In this document: positions 18,372 through 26,471 of the stretch, one piece after another
Numbering within the stretch: the first letter of the stretch is position 1
How the letters are laid out: each line of letters starts with the position of its first letter
DNA from: Candidatus Eiseniibacteriota bacterium
GTDB lineage: Bacteria > Eisenbacteria > RBG-16-71-46 > CAIMUX01 > VGJL01
Assembly: GCA_041946735.1 (NCBI GenBank)
Contig: JBHGAY010000015.1
Coordinates: 1 to 64,000, forward strand
Length of the DNA stretch: 64,000 nt
Direction: 5' to 3'
Position numbers and translations under genes: made by a program
The notes under the pieces: model-generated
Seen by the model: only the letters and a program-made list of their open reading frames with translations
Databases searched by the model: none
Told to the model about the DNA's origin: nothing

Positions 18372-18709
18372 GAGTTGACACGAAAGAAAACGTAGAAAAC
18401 CTGGCCTGCGCCACCGAATGTCCCATCGCAGGCACGGAAAAGGTCACCCGCGGCGCTGCGCGCCACGTAATACGCAGGAACAGGGTGTCCCGCAGCGCCG
18501 GCGGAAGTGGTGAACACTCGGAACAGCTCGTCGCGCAGCGCCGGCGACCCCCCGAGACGCCGGAACAGCCCGTCCGCGCCTGCTGCAGGACGCATCGAAA
18601 CTGGGGACAATGCGTCCAGCAGTCCTGCAGGCACCATTGATACGCGAGGATCGTGTTACAGACAGCGCGGCATGACGCACCGAAAGCGGGGACGATAGGT
18701 CCTGCAGTG
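18372..18709 (-). repeat. Right, inverted arm of the same 42-bp array (about 8 units)
   Basis: Reverse-complement units start at 18709, 18667, 18624, 18582, 18540, 18497, 18455, 18413; 18663-18709 matches 18285-18331 at 42 of 47 positions. Confidence 0.85.
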
Positions 18710-19024
18710 GCGTCAAACGGGCTGTACCGACGCGCATCGTTTACAGCCCTGACAAGGGTCGGCTACACCGGCGTGTCGCGACGGGATGTCGGCCGGCCAG
18801 TATCTCCCTGTCGATCTCTCGACCGTTGCTCGCTCTCCTCCTCCCCACCCTTACGACATGACCGTTTATGAACGACGAACGATACCGGTCTGTCTCGCAA
18901 GGATTGCCAACGAGTTACGGAAGTCGAAGAAGCACGGAGATCGCTTCTCGCAACCAATGGCCCACCTCGTGCGTAGGTAGGGTGGCAAGGGCGAAACCGG
19001 CCTCTTGCCGGAAAGGAGCAGGTC

Positions 19025-19768
19025 ATGAGACTGCCACTCATCAGCTGGGGCGCCGAAGGCATCCGTCGCGCGGGGATCTTCATCGTGGCGATGCTGAAGG
19101 CGTGGCTGGGCATCCCGGTCGAGATCGTGAACGCCTTCGTCGCCCGGCAGGACGGGCTGGTCGCCCGCATCAACGAGTGCGGCCAGGCTGCCGACCGGAC
19201 GGTGGAGGCCAAGGCGAACTGCAACTACCGGAAGGGGGAGCTGATCCGGTGCGTGCGGCGGCTCGCGAGCGAGCTGAAGCTGGCGTGCGGCAACAACGCC
19301 CGCGCACCCCTCTATCGGTTCTTCTTCCCGAAGGGGCTGCCTGCCTTCACACGGTCGACGATCGAGTCGGTCGTCGTGCAGGTGCAGGAGCTGCACACGA
19401 AGATCGCCCTCGATGGCTGCCCGCCCTCGGTGGCGCCGTTCGCGGAGCCCCTCGCGTCCCTGCGAAGCGATCTCGAGCAGGCGGTCCAGGCACTGAAGGG
19501 CTGCCAGGAGGACGAGGCCCAGGCGAAGATCGCGTACGAGAACGAGAAGCTGCTGTGGATCGAGGCGTACGCCCAGCTCTACCACCGACTGCGCGCGCAC
19601 TTCGCCACCCAGCCGGAGCTGGCCGAGACCTTCTTCCCGGCGCCACGAATCCGCCGGCGGTCCTCGGAGGAGGCGCTGCTGGAGGGAGCGACTGCAAGCG
19701 ATGCCGGAAACGGGAACGGGAGCGAAAGCACATCCGTGGCGGCGGCGCAACCGCCCGCGGCGGCGTAG
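19025..19768 (+). CDS. Orphan alpha-helical protein with a two-fold internal repeat
   Basis: SD GAAAGGAG; both halves are long amphipathic helices ending in FFP (LYRFFFPKG, LAETFFPAP); no catalytic motif recognised. Confidence 0.85.
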   Translation: MRLPLISWGAEGIRRAGIFIVAMLKAWLGIPVEIVNAFVARQDGLVARINECGQAADRTVEAKANCNYRKGELIRCVRRLASELKLACGNNARAPLYRFFFPKGLPAFTRSTIESVVVQVQELHTKIALDGCPPSVAPFAEPLASLRSDLEQAVQALKGCQEDEAQAKIAYENEKLLWIEAYAQLYHRLRAHFATQPELAETFFPAPRIRRRSSEEALLEGATASDAGNGNGSESTSVAAAQPPAAA

Positions 19769-19926
19769 CGGCCGCCCGGGGACCAAGGCCGCATCGATAC
19801 GAAAGGAGGGCCGCGTAGTACCCCGGCAGGAGCCGTAGCCGGGGAGTTTCGAGGAGTGACAGATGCGGACGACATCGGGGCTGCGGTCCGTCACCGGATC
19901 GCAGCCCCTGTTCCTTGGGGCGGCCG
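19769..19926 (+). ncRNA. Candidate structured RNA element (multi-branched, about 158 nt)
   Basis: Nested stems 19769-77/19918-26, 19784-88/19913-17, 19789-95/19862-68, 19800-04/19847-51, 19821-27/19838-44, 19877-90/19895-908. Confidence 0.4.
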
Positions 19927-19936
19927 TTGCAGCTGC

Positions 19937-20953
19937 TCACCGTCGCATCACGAGAATCCGGGTCGCGCGCGGGGATCCCTCGACGCGCGCGAAGTAGACG
20001 CCGGGCGAGACGGGCCGGCCGGCCCGGTCCTCCGTGTCCCAGAGGACCGCGGAGCTTTCGATCCTCCCCAAATCGCGAACGAGTCGCCCGGCGGCGTCGA
20101 ACACCGCCATCTCCCGGCCGGTCGGAACAATCCCGTGGAAGCGGATCTCGGCCGCGCGCGAGACCGGGTTCGGGCTCACGCTTGTCTCGAACAGGTTCGA
20201 GCCGGGCAGATTCGCGGAGACGGCGGCCGGCTCGAGGAAGAAGAGGTCGAAGTGGAAGCCGCCGGATGCCGGGTTCTCCTCGTCCTCGAACGCCTGCCCG
20301 TAGCCGCTCGTGGAGAGCGACAGCCGGAAGTCCTCCACACCGAGAGGGATCGACTGATTCAGCTCGATCGTCTCCTCGCGGATCGAATGATAAAGGACTA
20401 CACCGCTCACACTCCCGATCAGGCTGAAGTTCGCGACACCGTTGCCCGACGCGGAGAGAGTCCCGACGATCTGGAGCTGCATCGGCGAGTCGACGAGGAA
20501 CTCGGTGTCGAGCTGCGTGGCGCCGAGCGCCTCCGCGAAGTCGGCGGTGGTCCCGATCGTCGCCTCCGCCTGGAAGTCGGCGTCGACGGTGATCGAAACC
20601 TCGCCGATCTCGGAAACCTGCTGCGCCCACGAGTGCGCGCGCGCATCCTCGACGACCGCCTCGCTCTCCACGCGTTCGTCGAAGGAGCCCGGGTCGGCGC
20701 TCTGCGTCTGGTCGTCGTGGAAGACGGTCTCCCCGTCGAGCGGATCGACGAGTGCGAAGCTCATAACCTGGCGGGATTGGGAGATGGGCTGCACGGCAGC
20801 CTCCGCTACAGGCGGATCGGCGATACCGAGCGGCAAGAGGAGGGCGCCGAAGATGGCCAGCGGAGACAGCGAGGAGCGGGGCGGGCAGGACGAGGTGGGC
20901 GAGGACGCTGCCGACGGGCTCAAAGGCGACGGCCCTGTCGTTGAAGTCGACAT
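19937..20953 (-). CDS. Secreted beta-rich protein with a C-terminal FlgD-Ig-like domain
   Basis: Signal-like LAIFGALLLPLG..AEA; C-terminal SPNPV...VFDAAGRLVRDL...WDTEDRAGRPVSPGVYFARV; start uncertain. Confidence 0.8.
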   Translation of the reverse strand: MSTSTTGPSPLSPSAASSPTSSCPPRSSLSPLAIFGALLLPLGIADPPVAEAAVQPISQSRQVMSFALVDPLDGETVFHDDQTQSADPGSFDERVESEAVVEDARAHSWAQQVSEIGEVSITVDADFQAEATIGTTADFAEALGATQLDTEFLVDSPMQLQIVGTLSASGNGVANFSLIGSVSGVVLYHSIREETIELNQSIPLGVEDFRLSLSTSGYGQAFEDEENPASGGFHFDLFFLEPAAVSANLPGSNLFETSVSPNPVSRAAEIRFHGIVPTGREMAVFDAAGRLVRDLGRIESSAVLWDTEDRAGRPVSPGVYFARVEGSPRATRILVMRR

Positions 20954-21149
20954 GGGGACCTCCCGAGGTTCACGGACGGACACGTCTGGCTAAAGAGGGC
21001 CGCGGCCGTGCCGGGCAGTGGAATTCCCCGGCTGCCCCGGTGGTCTGTGACATCGAGTCGAACGGATCGTTCCCCTGATACGCGATACGGGCGGATCGCA
21101 CCGCGCGAACGGAAGCTCGGCAGGGGAAAGAGCCGGCCGACCGGGCAGC

Positions 21150-22832
21150 CTACTTCGCCGCGGAGTCGATGACCAGATAGATCGTGGCGAGCTGCGAGAG
21201 CACTCCGAGCGTCGTGAGGGCTGACTTCCATAGGTCGCGCTGCGGCTTCCGGGGAACCCATATCGTGTCGCCCGGGCCGAGGCGGTCCACCTTGCCCTTC
21301 TTGATCCACTGGCCGGTCAGGGCGCGCACGACGGTGACCTTCCCTTTGTCGGCCTGGTCCGTGTAGCCGCCGGAGCGTTCCACGTAGCGGTCGATCTCCT
21401 CGCCCGCCAGGAACGGCACGTTGCCGGGGCGGCGCACCTCGCCCGCGACCGTGACGAACGGCTGGATCTTTGGAACGACCACGAGGTCGCCGGGCCGTAC
21501 GTAGACGTCCTGCGATCTGTCCCCCTCGAGAAAGAGAGCGGGGAAGTCCACCGAGAGGACCGGCCGGCTCGTCCGCAGCCTCATGGAGTAGTACTGGAAC
21601 TCCTCCGGGGTCATCTCGCCGGTCGGAAGCTGGCGCAGGCGATCGTACTCCGGGTCGGGCACCGCCTCCGGAATGTCTCGCGTGACGTACGCCTCCCCGA
21701 GCGCGGCGGTCGGCGTGAACCCTCCGACGTCCGCGATGAGCTGTGTGAGCAGCAGGGAGTCGGTGGGGAGCGCGTGCATCCCCGGGTTTCGCACCTCGCC
21801 GATCACGCGGACGGTCCGGCCTTCGCTGCGCTCGACACGCGGCCGCACGAAGAGAAGATCGCCCGGGCCGACGAGCATCGCGCGGTCGGCCGGATTGCGC
21901 AGGTCGAGGAGTCGCCGCGGGCGCGGCGCATCGCGCGACCCGCCGGACTGCAGATACGCGGAATCGGGCATCGCCTCCTCGTCGAGGCCATGCGCGAGGG
22001 CGAGGAGCGTTCCCACCGAGTCGCCCGGGACCACCTCGACCGGGCCGGGCTTGCGGACCGCGCCGCTCACCACCGCGGTCGCGACGTACGGCGGGACCAC
22101 GATACGGTCCCCCGCTTCGACGGTGGGATTGTGGATGAGCGCGCCGGTCGCCTCGAAGAGGGCGAGATCGACGGGGAGCACGTTGCCGTCCTGGCGAAGA
22201 AGGCGAATCGCGCGCTGCGAGCTGCGGCGAGGTTGCGCCGAGCCGGCGAGGCTCGTGAGAGGCGCGGCCGCCGCCTGCTCCAGCTCTCGCTGGCCGATCT
22301 CGAACGGCTCCGCCCGAGTGACGAGCTCCGAGGCGCGGTCGTTCGGCGTGGCTTGCTGCAGTCCCGGCTTTCGCACCTCCCCGAGGACGTAAGCGGTGAT
22401 CGTCCGCAGCTCGAGCAGGTGCAGATCGACCTCTCCGGAGCGGTAGTAGCGGGACATCGTGTCGCGGAGGAGATCGTTCGCTTGCTCGATCGTAAGGCCT
22501 GCAACGTGCACGGACGGCCCCTCCGGAAGGATCAGGTATCCGTCGGGCGTGACGCGCAGCGTTCGTTCGACGGGCGGGGTCGCGCGAACGCGGAGGCTCA
22601 ACAGGTCTCCGGGCCCGAGACGGTAGGCCGAGCGGTCGACGGGTCCTTCCAGCGGTCGCGGGAGCGGAGTCGTCCCGAGCGTACCCGGCTGGCTGTCCCC
22701 CGCAGTCCCGGGCGGCGCCGCCGGCGTTTGCGCTCCTGCGTTGCCGGACAAAGTGCATGCGAGGAGGGACGCAAGGAGCAGGAGGATCGTGCAGGCGCCT
22801 GCGCGCCACGGCCGCTTCTGGAACATCCTCAT
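21150..22832 (-). CDS. Polysaccharide export protein with SLBB repeats (Wza/KpsD-like)
   Basis: YRLGPGDLL, VTPDGYLILP, repeated V.GEVR.PG motifs; ATGA overlap with the upstream GT2. Confidence 0.9.
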   Translation of the reverse strand: MRMFQKRPWRAGACTILLLLASLLACTLSGNAGAQTPAAPPGTAGDSQPGTLGTTPLPRPLEGPVDRSAYRLGPGDLLSLRVRATPPVERTLRVTPDGYLILPEGPSVHVAGLTIEQANDLLRDTMSRYYRSGEVDLHLLELRTITAYVLGEVRKPGLQQATPNDRASELVTRAEPFEIGQRELEQAAAAPLTSLAGSAQPRRSSQRAIRLLRQDGNVLPVDLALFEATGALIHNPTVEAGDRIVVPPYVATAVVSGAVRKPGPVEVVPGDSVGTLLALAHGLDEEAMPDSAYLQSGGSRDAPRPRRLLDLRNPADRAMLVGPGDLLFVRPRVERSEGRTVRVIGEVRNPGMHALPTDSLLLTQLIADVGGFTPTAALGEAYVTRDIPEAVPDPEYDRLRQLPTGEMTPEEFQYYSMRLRTSRPVLSVDFPALFLEGDRSQDVYVRPGDLVVVPKIQPFVTVAGEVRRPGNVPFLAGEEIDRYVERSGGYTDQADKGKVTVVRALTGQWIKKGKVDRLGPGDTIWVPRKPQRDLWKSALTTLGVLSQLATIYLVIDSAAK

Positions 22833-23824
22833 CCCTCCCGGCTCTCCCGGCTCGATCCGGCGGCGGCTTTGCCTGCCTGCGGCGCGGTCGCGCCCCCTGA
22901 TCCCGTCTTTGGCCCCCGCGCAGCTTCCCACACTTTCAGGACTTCGAGAAACCCATAGATCCCGAGCATCGAGCTGGTTGCGATGCCGATCCTGCCCTCG
23001 CGCCAGCCGCTCAGGCGCAGGTAGGACCAGAGGAAGAGGCGGACTCCCGCCCAGATGGCGATGAGGCCGGTCCGGGAGCGCGCCGCCTTGAGGCCCATGG
23101 CGGAGGTGCCGGGCGAGGTGCCGTCCAGGATGCGCTGCGCCTCGCGCGTCGTGTAACGGTTCGTCTTGCGGATGAAGTCGCGGAGGGTGGGATACGGCTC
23201 GTGGAGGATCGGCGCGGCAAGGCGTCCCACCGTCCCGTCGACCTCGAGCGGCTCGTGGATGGCGTGCAAACGGTAGCGACCCCTGCCGGAGCGGAAGAGG
23301 CGGATCAGCCGGCGATGCCGGCCCCAGTAGCCGTAGCTCGGCCAGGTCCCGAGCACCGAGGTCCAGAACGGGATCGCGAAGGCCGCGTCGCTCGGCTGCG
23401 ACGCGACCGCCGCCCGCATCTCGGCGGCAAGCTCCGGCGAGACGCGCTCGTCCGCATCGACCTGCAGGATCCAGCCCGCGGGGATCTGCGGGAACGCCCA
23501 GTTGAGATTGCCGTGCACCGGGTCGATCTCGGGCGGCAGCACGTGCGGAACGATCCACGAGGTGAAGCCCGCGGCGATCTCGACGGTCCGGTCGGTCGAG
23601 CCGTTGTCGACCAGGAGGATCCGGTCGGCCCAGAGGAGGGAGCGGAGGCATCGCTCGATGTTCGCTTCTTCGTTCAGGGCGAGGACGACGGCGGTGATCG
23701 CGTGGGGATCGGTGGCCGGGCCGCCCGGCAGCGGGAGCGAATCCGACGCCGGTGCCCGCGACGGTGCGGGTGCGGACGGCATGCCGCCGGGAACGTTCAG
23801 CGGAGCGGAAGCGCCCGCGCCCAT
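22829..23824 (-). CDS. GT2 glycosyltransferase
   Basis: VVLALNEEANIERCL, VDNGSTDRT, VDADE; start uncertain (23782 or 23824). Confidence 0.9.
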   Translation of the reverse strand: MGAGASAPLNVPGGMPSAPAPSRAPASDSLPLPGGPATDPHAITAVVLALNEEANIERCLRSLLWADRILLVDNGSTDRTVEIAAGFTSWIVPHVLPPEIDPVHGNLNWAFPQIPAGWILQVDADERVSPELAAEMRAAVASQPSDAAFAIPFWTSVLGTWPSYGYWGRHRRLIRLFRSGRGRYRLHAIHEPLEVDGTVGRLAAPILHEPYPTLRDFIRKTNRYTTREAQRILDGTSPGTSAMGLKAARSRTGLIAIWAGVRLFLWSYLRLSGWREGRIGIATSSMLGIYGFLEVLKVWEAARGPKTGSGGATAPQAGKAAAGSSRESREG

Positions 23825-24945
23825 TCGTAGGTCTCCAGGGTTGCCTGCACGCATCCCGAGATCGTATAGGAGCGAGCCCAGCGCTCGTGCCCGGCGGCGC
23901 CGAGAGCCGCGCGCCGCTGCGGATCGAGCGCGAGGCGAAGGACCGCCTCCGACATCGCCGCCGGATCGCGCGGTTCGACGAGCAGCCCCGTTTCTCCGTC
24001 GGCGACGATCTCCGGGATCCCGCCGGCGCGCGTCGCGACGATCGGCAGCCCAGACGCCATCGCCTCGAGCAGCACGATGCCGAGCGCCTCCTGGCGGGAG
24101 GGGAGAACGAAGAGATCGGCAGCCGCCATCAGTCGGGCGAGATCGCGCCGGAAGCCGAGCAGGCGGAGCCGCTCGCCGGCGGGAGAGCCGTCCGCCGCCG
24201 ATCGGAGGCGCGCATCGAGCGGCCCGCGACCGGCCATCAGGAGATAGAGATCCGGGGCATCGGCGCGGCGGACCGCTCGCTCGAACGCCTCCCAGAGGTC
24301 GAGCGTCCCCTTCGTCTCATCGAGCCGTCCGGCGAAGAGCAGGAGGATCGCCGGCTGCGCGATCTTCAGCTCCTCGCGGACCTCGCGCCGCGCCGCCGCC
24401 CGCTCGACGGAGTTGCCGTCGACGCCGTGCGGGATCACGCGGATGCGCTCGGGCGGGAAGCGGTAGACGGAGGCGACGGCGCGAGCGACCACCTCACTCG
24501 GCGCGATGTAGAAGCGGGTGCGGCGCGCGCCGGCCCGCTCGATCCACAGACGCGGCCCGGTGCGCTGGTAGGGGGACCGTAGAACGTGGCCGTGCTCGGT
24601 CGCTGCGATCGCCATCGCGGGAACGCGCGGGAGAAGGGCGCGCAGCCAGGGGACCGAGACGTGGTCGTGGAGGAGCGCCGGGCGGAGCGCGCGCACCGCG
24701 CTCGCCACGGCCCTGGGCCCGCGCGGGTCGCGGCCGGTCGTCAGCCCGCAGCAGCGCACACCGGCTCCGGCGCTGCGCAGGATATCGCCCGCTCCACCGT
24801 CCCTCGAGAGATAGAGGACGCCGCAGCGCACGCCTTGCCGCGCCATCCCGACCGAGAGATCGAGGACGTGACGCTCGGCGCCGCCGCCGGTCCCCTCCCA
24901 CAGGACGTGGAGGACGTCGAGAGCGCGAGGCGCCTCGGTGCTCAT
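23797..24945 (-). CDS. GT4 glycosyltransferase
   Basis: GGGAERHV, FAGRLDETKG, PSRQEALGIVLLEAMASG. Confidence 0.92.
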   Translation of the reverse strand: MSTEAPRALDVLHVLWEGTGGGAERHVLDLSVGMARQGVRCGVLYLSRDGGAGDILRSAGAGVRCCGLTTGRDPRGPRAVASAVRALRPALLHDHVSVPWLRALLPRVPAMAIAATEHGHVLRSPYQRTGPRLWIERAGARRTRFYIAPSEVVARAVASVYRFPPERIRVIPHGVDGNSVERAAARREVREELKIAQPAILLLFAGRLDETKGTLDLWEAFERAVRRADAPDLYLLMAGRGPLDARLRSAADGSPAGERLRLLGFRRDLARLMAAADLFVLPSRQEALGIVLLEAMASGLPIVATRAGGIPEIVADGETGLLVEPRDPAAMSEAVLRLALDPQRRAALGAAGHERWARSYTISGCVQATLETYEWARALPLR

Positions 24946-26471
24946 CCGCGGATCCGCTGCATCGCGGTTCGGGCGAACGGATGCCTCAGCATCCAGAGAA
25001 CGAGGAAGTAGGCGAGGAGCCCGGCGATGCCCGCGGCCGCGAGATCGAGAAGGGCGTCTCCCCATCCCGCGAGCGGGACTGCCGGAAGCGCGCGAAGCAA
25101 GACGGCCGCCGCCACCGCCGACGTCGCCGCCCCCGCCAGCGCCGCCCCCGCCCCTCGTGCCGCCGCGCTCCACAGGCTCGCCGGCAGGCGCTTGTGCACG
25201 ATCGCGAGCAGCACGACACAGGAAGTCCAGAGGCCGGTAGCCACGCCGATCGGGACCCACAGCAGCCCGAAGCGGAGCGCGAGCAGGTTCGCGATTCCGG
25301 TCACCACGAGCTGGATGCCGCCGGCCAAGGCGAGCGGCCGCGTGCGCTGCGTCGCGTAGGAGAAGTCGCGGAGCAGGTAGTAGACGGCGACCGGCAGCAC
25401 GCCGAGGACACCGATACGCAGCAGCGTTGCTACCCCGTGGACGTCCTGCGCGTCGAAGAGGCCGCGCTGGAACGCCAGCTCCACAATCTGCGGGGCGAGG
25501 AGCAGCACGAACGCGGTGATCGGCAGGAAGAGGAAGAGGTTCAGGTCGAGGCCGCGCGCGAGCGTGTGGGCGCGGTCCGCCCCGCCGGCCGATCGATCCC
25601 GCGACATCGTGACGTAGATCGGAAGCGCCACCGACGCGGCGAGGACGGTCTGCAGCGGGGCGATCAGCTTGCGCGAGTAGGCGAGCATCGAGAGGCTCCC
25701 GGCCGGCAGGAAGGAGAGGACCGCGCGCTCGATGTAGCCCGCCGCCTGCACGAGGAAGACGCCGAGCGCGACCGGGGCGACGAGCGTGCCGACGCGCCGC
25801 AGCTCCGGCGGCAGCAGCGGGTGTCGCAGCAGCGCGCCTACCGGCCAGCCTGGCAGCAGCAGGACGAGGAGCAGCGCCTGCGCGAGCGCCGCGCCGTCGA
25901 GCGCGAACATCCAGCCGCGGTACGCCATCGTGGGCGGGAAGGCGAGCAGTACGGCCGTCTGGAGGAGGTTTCCGGTCAGCATGACGAGCGCGGGGACCGC
26001 GTAGCGGTGGTGCGCGTTGTGGATCGTCTTCGCGAACTCCGCCAGCTCGGTGAAGAAGAGCGCCGGCGCGACCGCGCGCAGCAGGCGGGCGCCCGTCTCG
26101 ATCTGCTCCGGACCGAGGCCTGGGGCGACCATCCGCAGGATCGCGACGGGCCAGAGCACCACGGCGAGCGACAGCGCGCCGGCCGCGAGCGCCGTGGCGC
26201 GGAGCCCCGAGCTGCGCAGGCGCGCGGCGCGCTCCCCGCTTGCGTCCTCCTCGAGCGCGTGCCCGTAGACCGACACGAACGCGGCGAACGTCTCCCGGAC
26301 GAGCAGGATCGTCGGTAGGAAGAGGAGCACCGCCTCGGCGTAGACGACGAGGTCGGCGCTGCGCGAGACCCCGAAGCGCGCGGCGATCGAGGCGTTGCGC
26401 GCGAGAGCGGCGAGGTTCGCGGCGACCGAGAGCGCGGTCACCGTCCCGATGCGGCGTCCGAGGAGGCTCAC
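24942..26471 (-). CDS. MurJ/MviN-like MOP flippase
   Basis: Many TM segments; IAARFGVS, IVELAFQRGLFD. Confidence 0.8.
   Translation of the reverse strand: MSLLGRRIGTVTALSVAANLAALARNASIAARFGVSRSADLVVYAEAVLLFLPTILLVRETFAAFVSVYGHALEEDASGERAARLRSSGLRATALAAGALSLAVVLWPVAILRMVAPGLGPEQIETGARLLRAVAPALFFTELAEFAKTIHNAHHRYAVPALVMLTGNLLQTAVLLAFPPTMAYRGWMFALDGAALAQALLLVLLLPGWPVGALLRHPLLPPELRRVGTLVAPVALGVFLVQAAGYIERAVLSFLPAGSLSMLAYSRKLIAPLQTVLAASVALPIYVTMSRDRSAGGADRAHTLARGLDLNLFLFLPITAFVLLLAPQIVELAFQRGLFDAQDVHGVATLLRIGVLGVLPVAVYYLLRDFSYATQRTRPLALAGGIQLVVTGIANLLALRFGLLWVPIGVATGLWTSCVVLLAIVHKRLPASLWSAAARGAGAALAGAATSAVAAAVLLRALPAVPLAGWGDALLDLAAAGIAGLLAYFLVLWMLRHPFARTAMQRIRG

Noticed and set aside
17947..18709. 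CRISPR array or TIGR array
   Set aside because: There is no invariant repeat alternating with unique spacers; units are degenerate throughout and switch orientation. No cas gene is present, and I could not recognise a Nop domain in the adjacent protein (HHpred would settle this).
18021..18737. Short ORFs within the array (e.g. 18021-18395, 18152-18640, 18338-18637)
   Set aside because: They lack SD support and family motifs, and the 43-nt units shift the frame; they look like by-products of GC-rich repeats.
17880..19936. Insertion sequence with target-site duplication
   Set aside because: No transposase or recombinase motif, no terminal inverted repeats bracketing the gene, and no clear flanking direct repeat.
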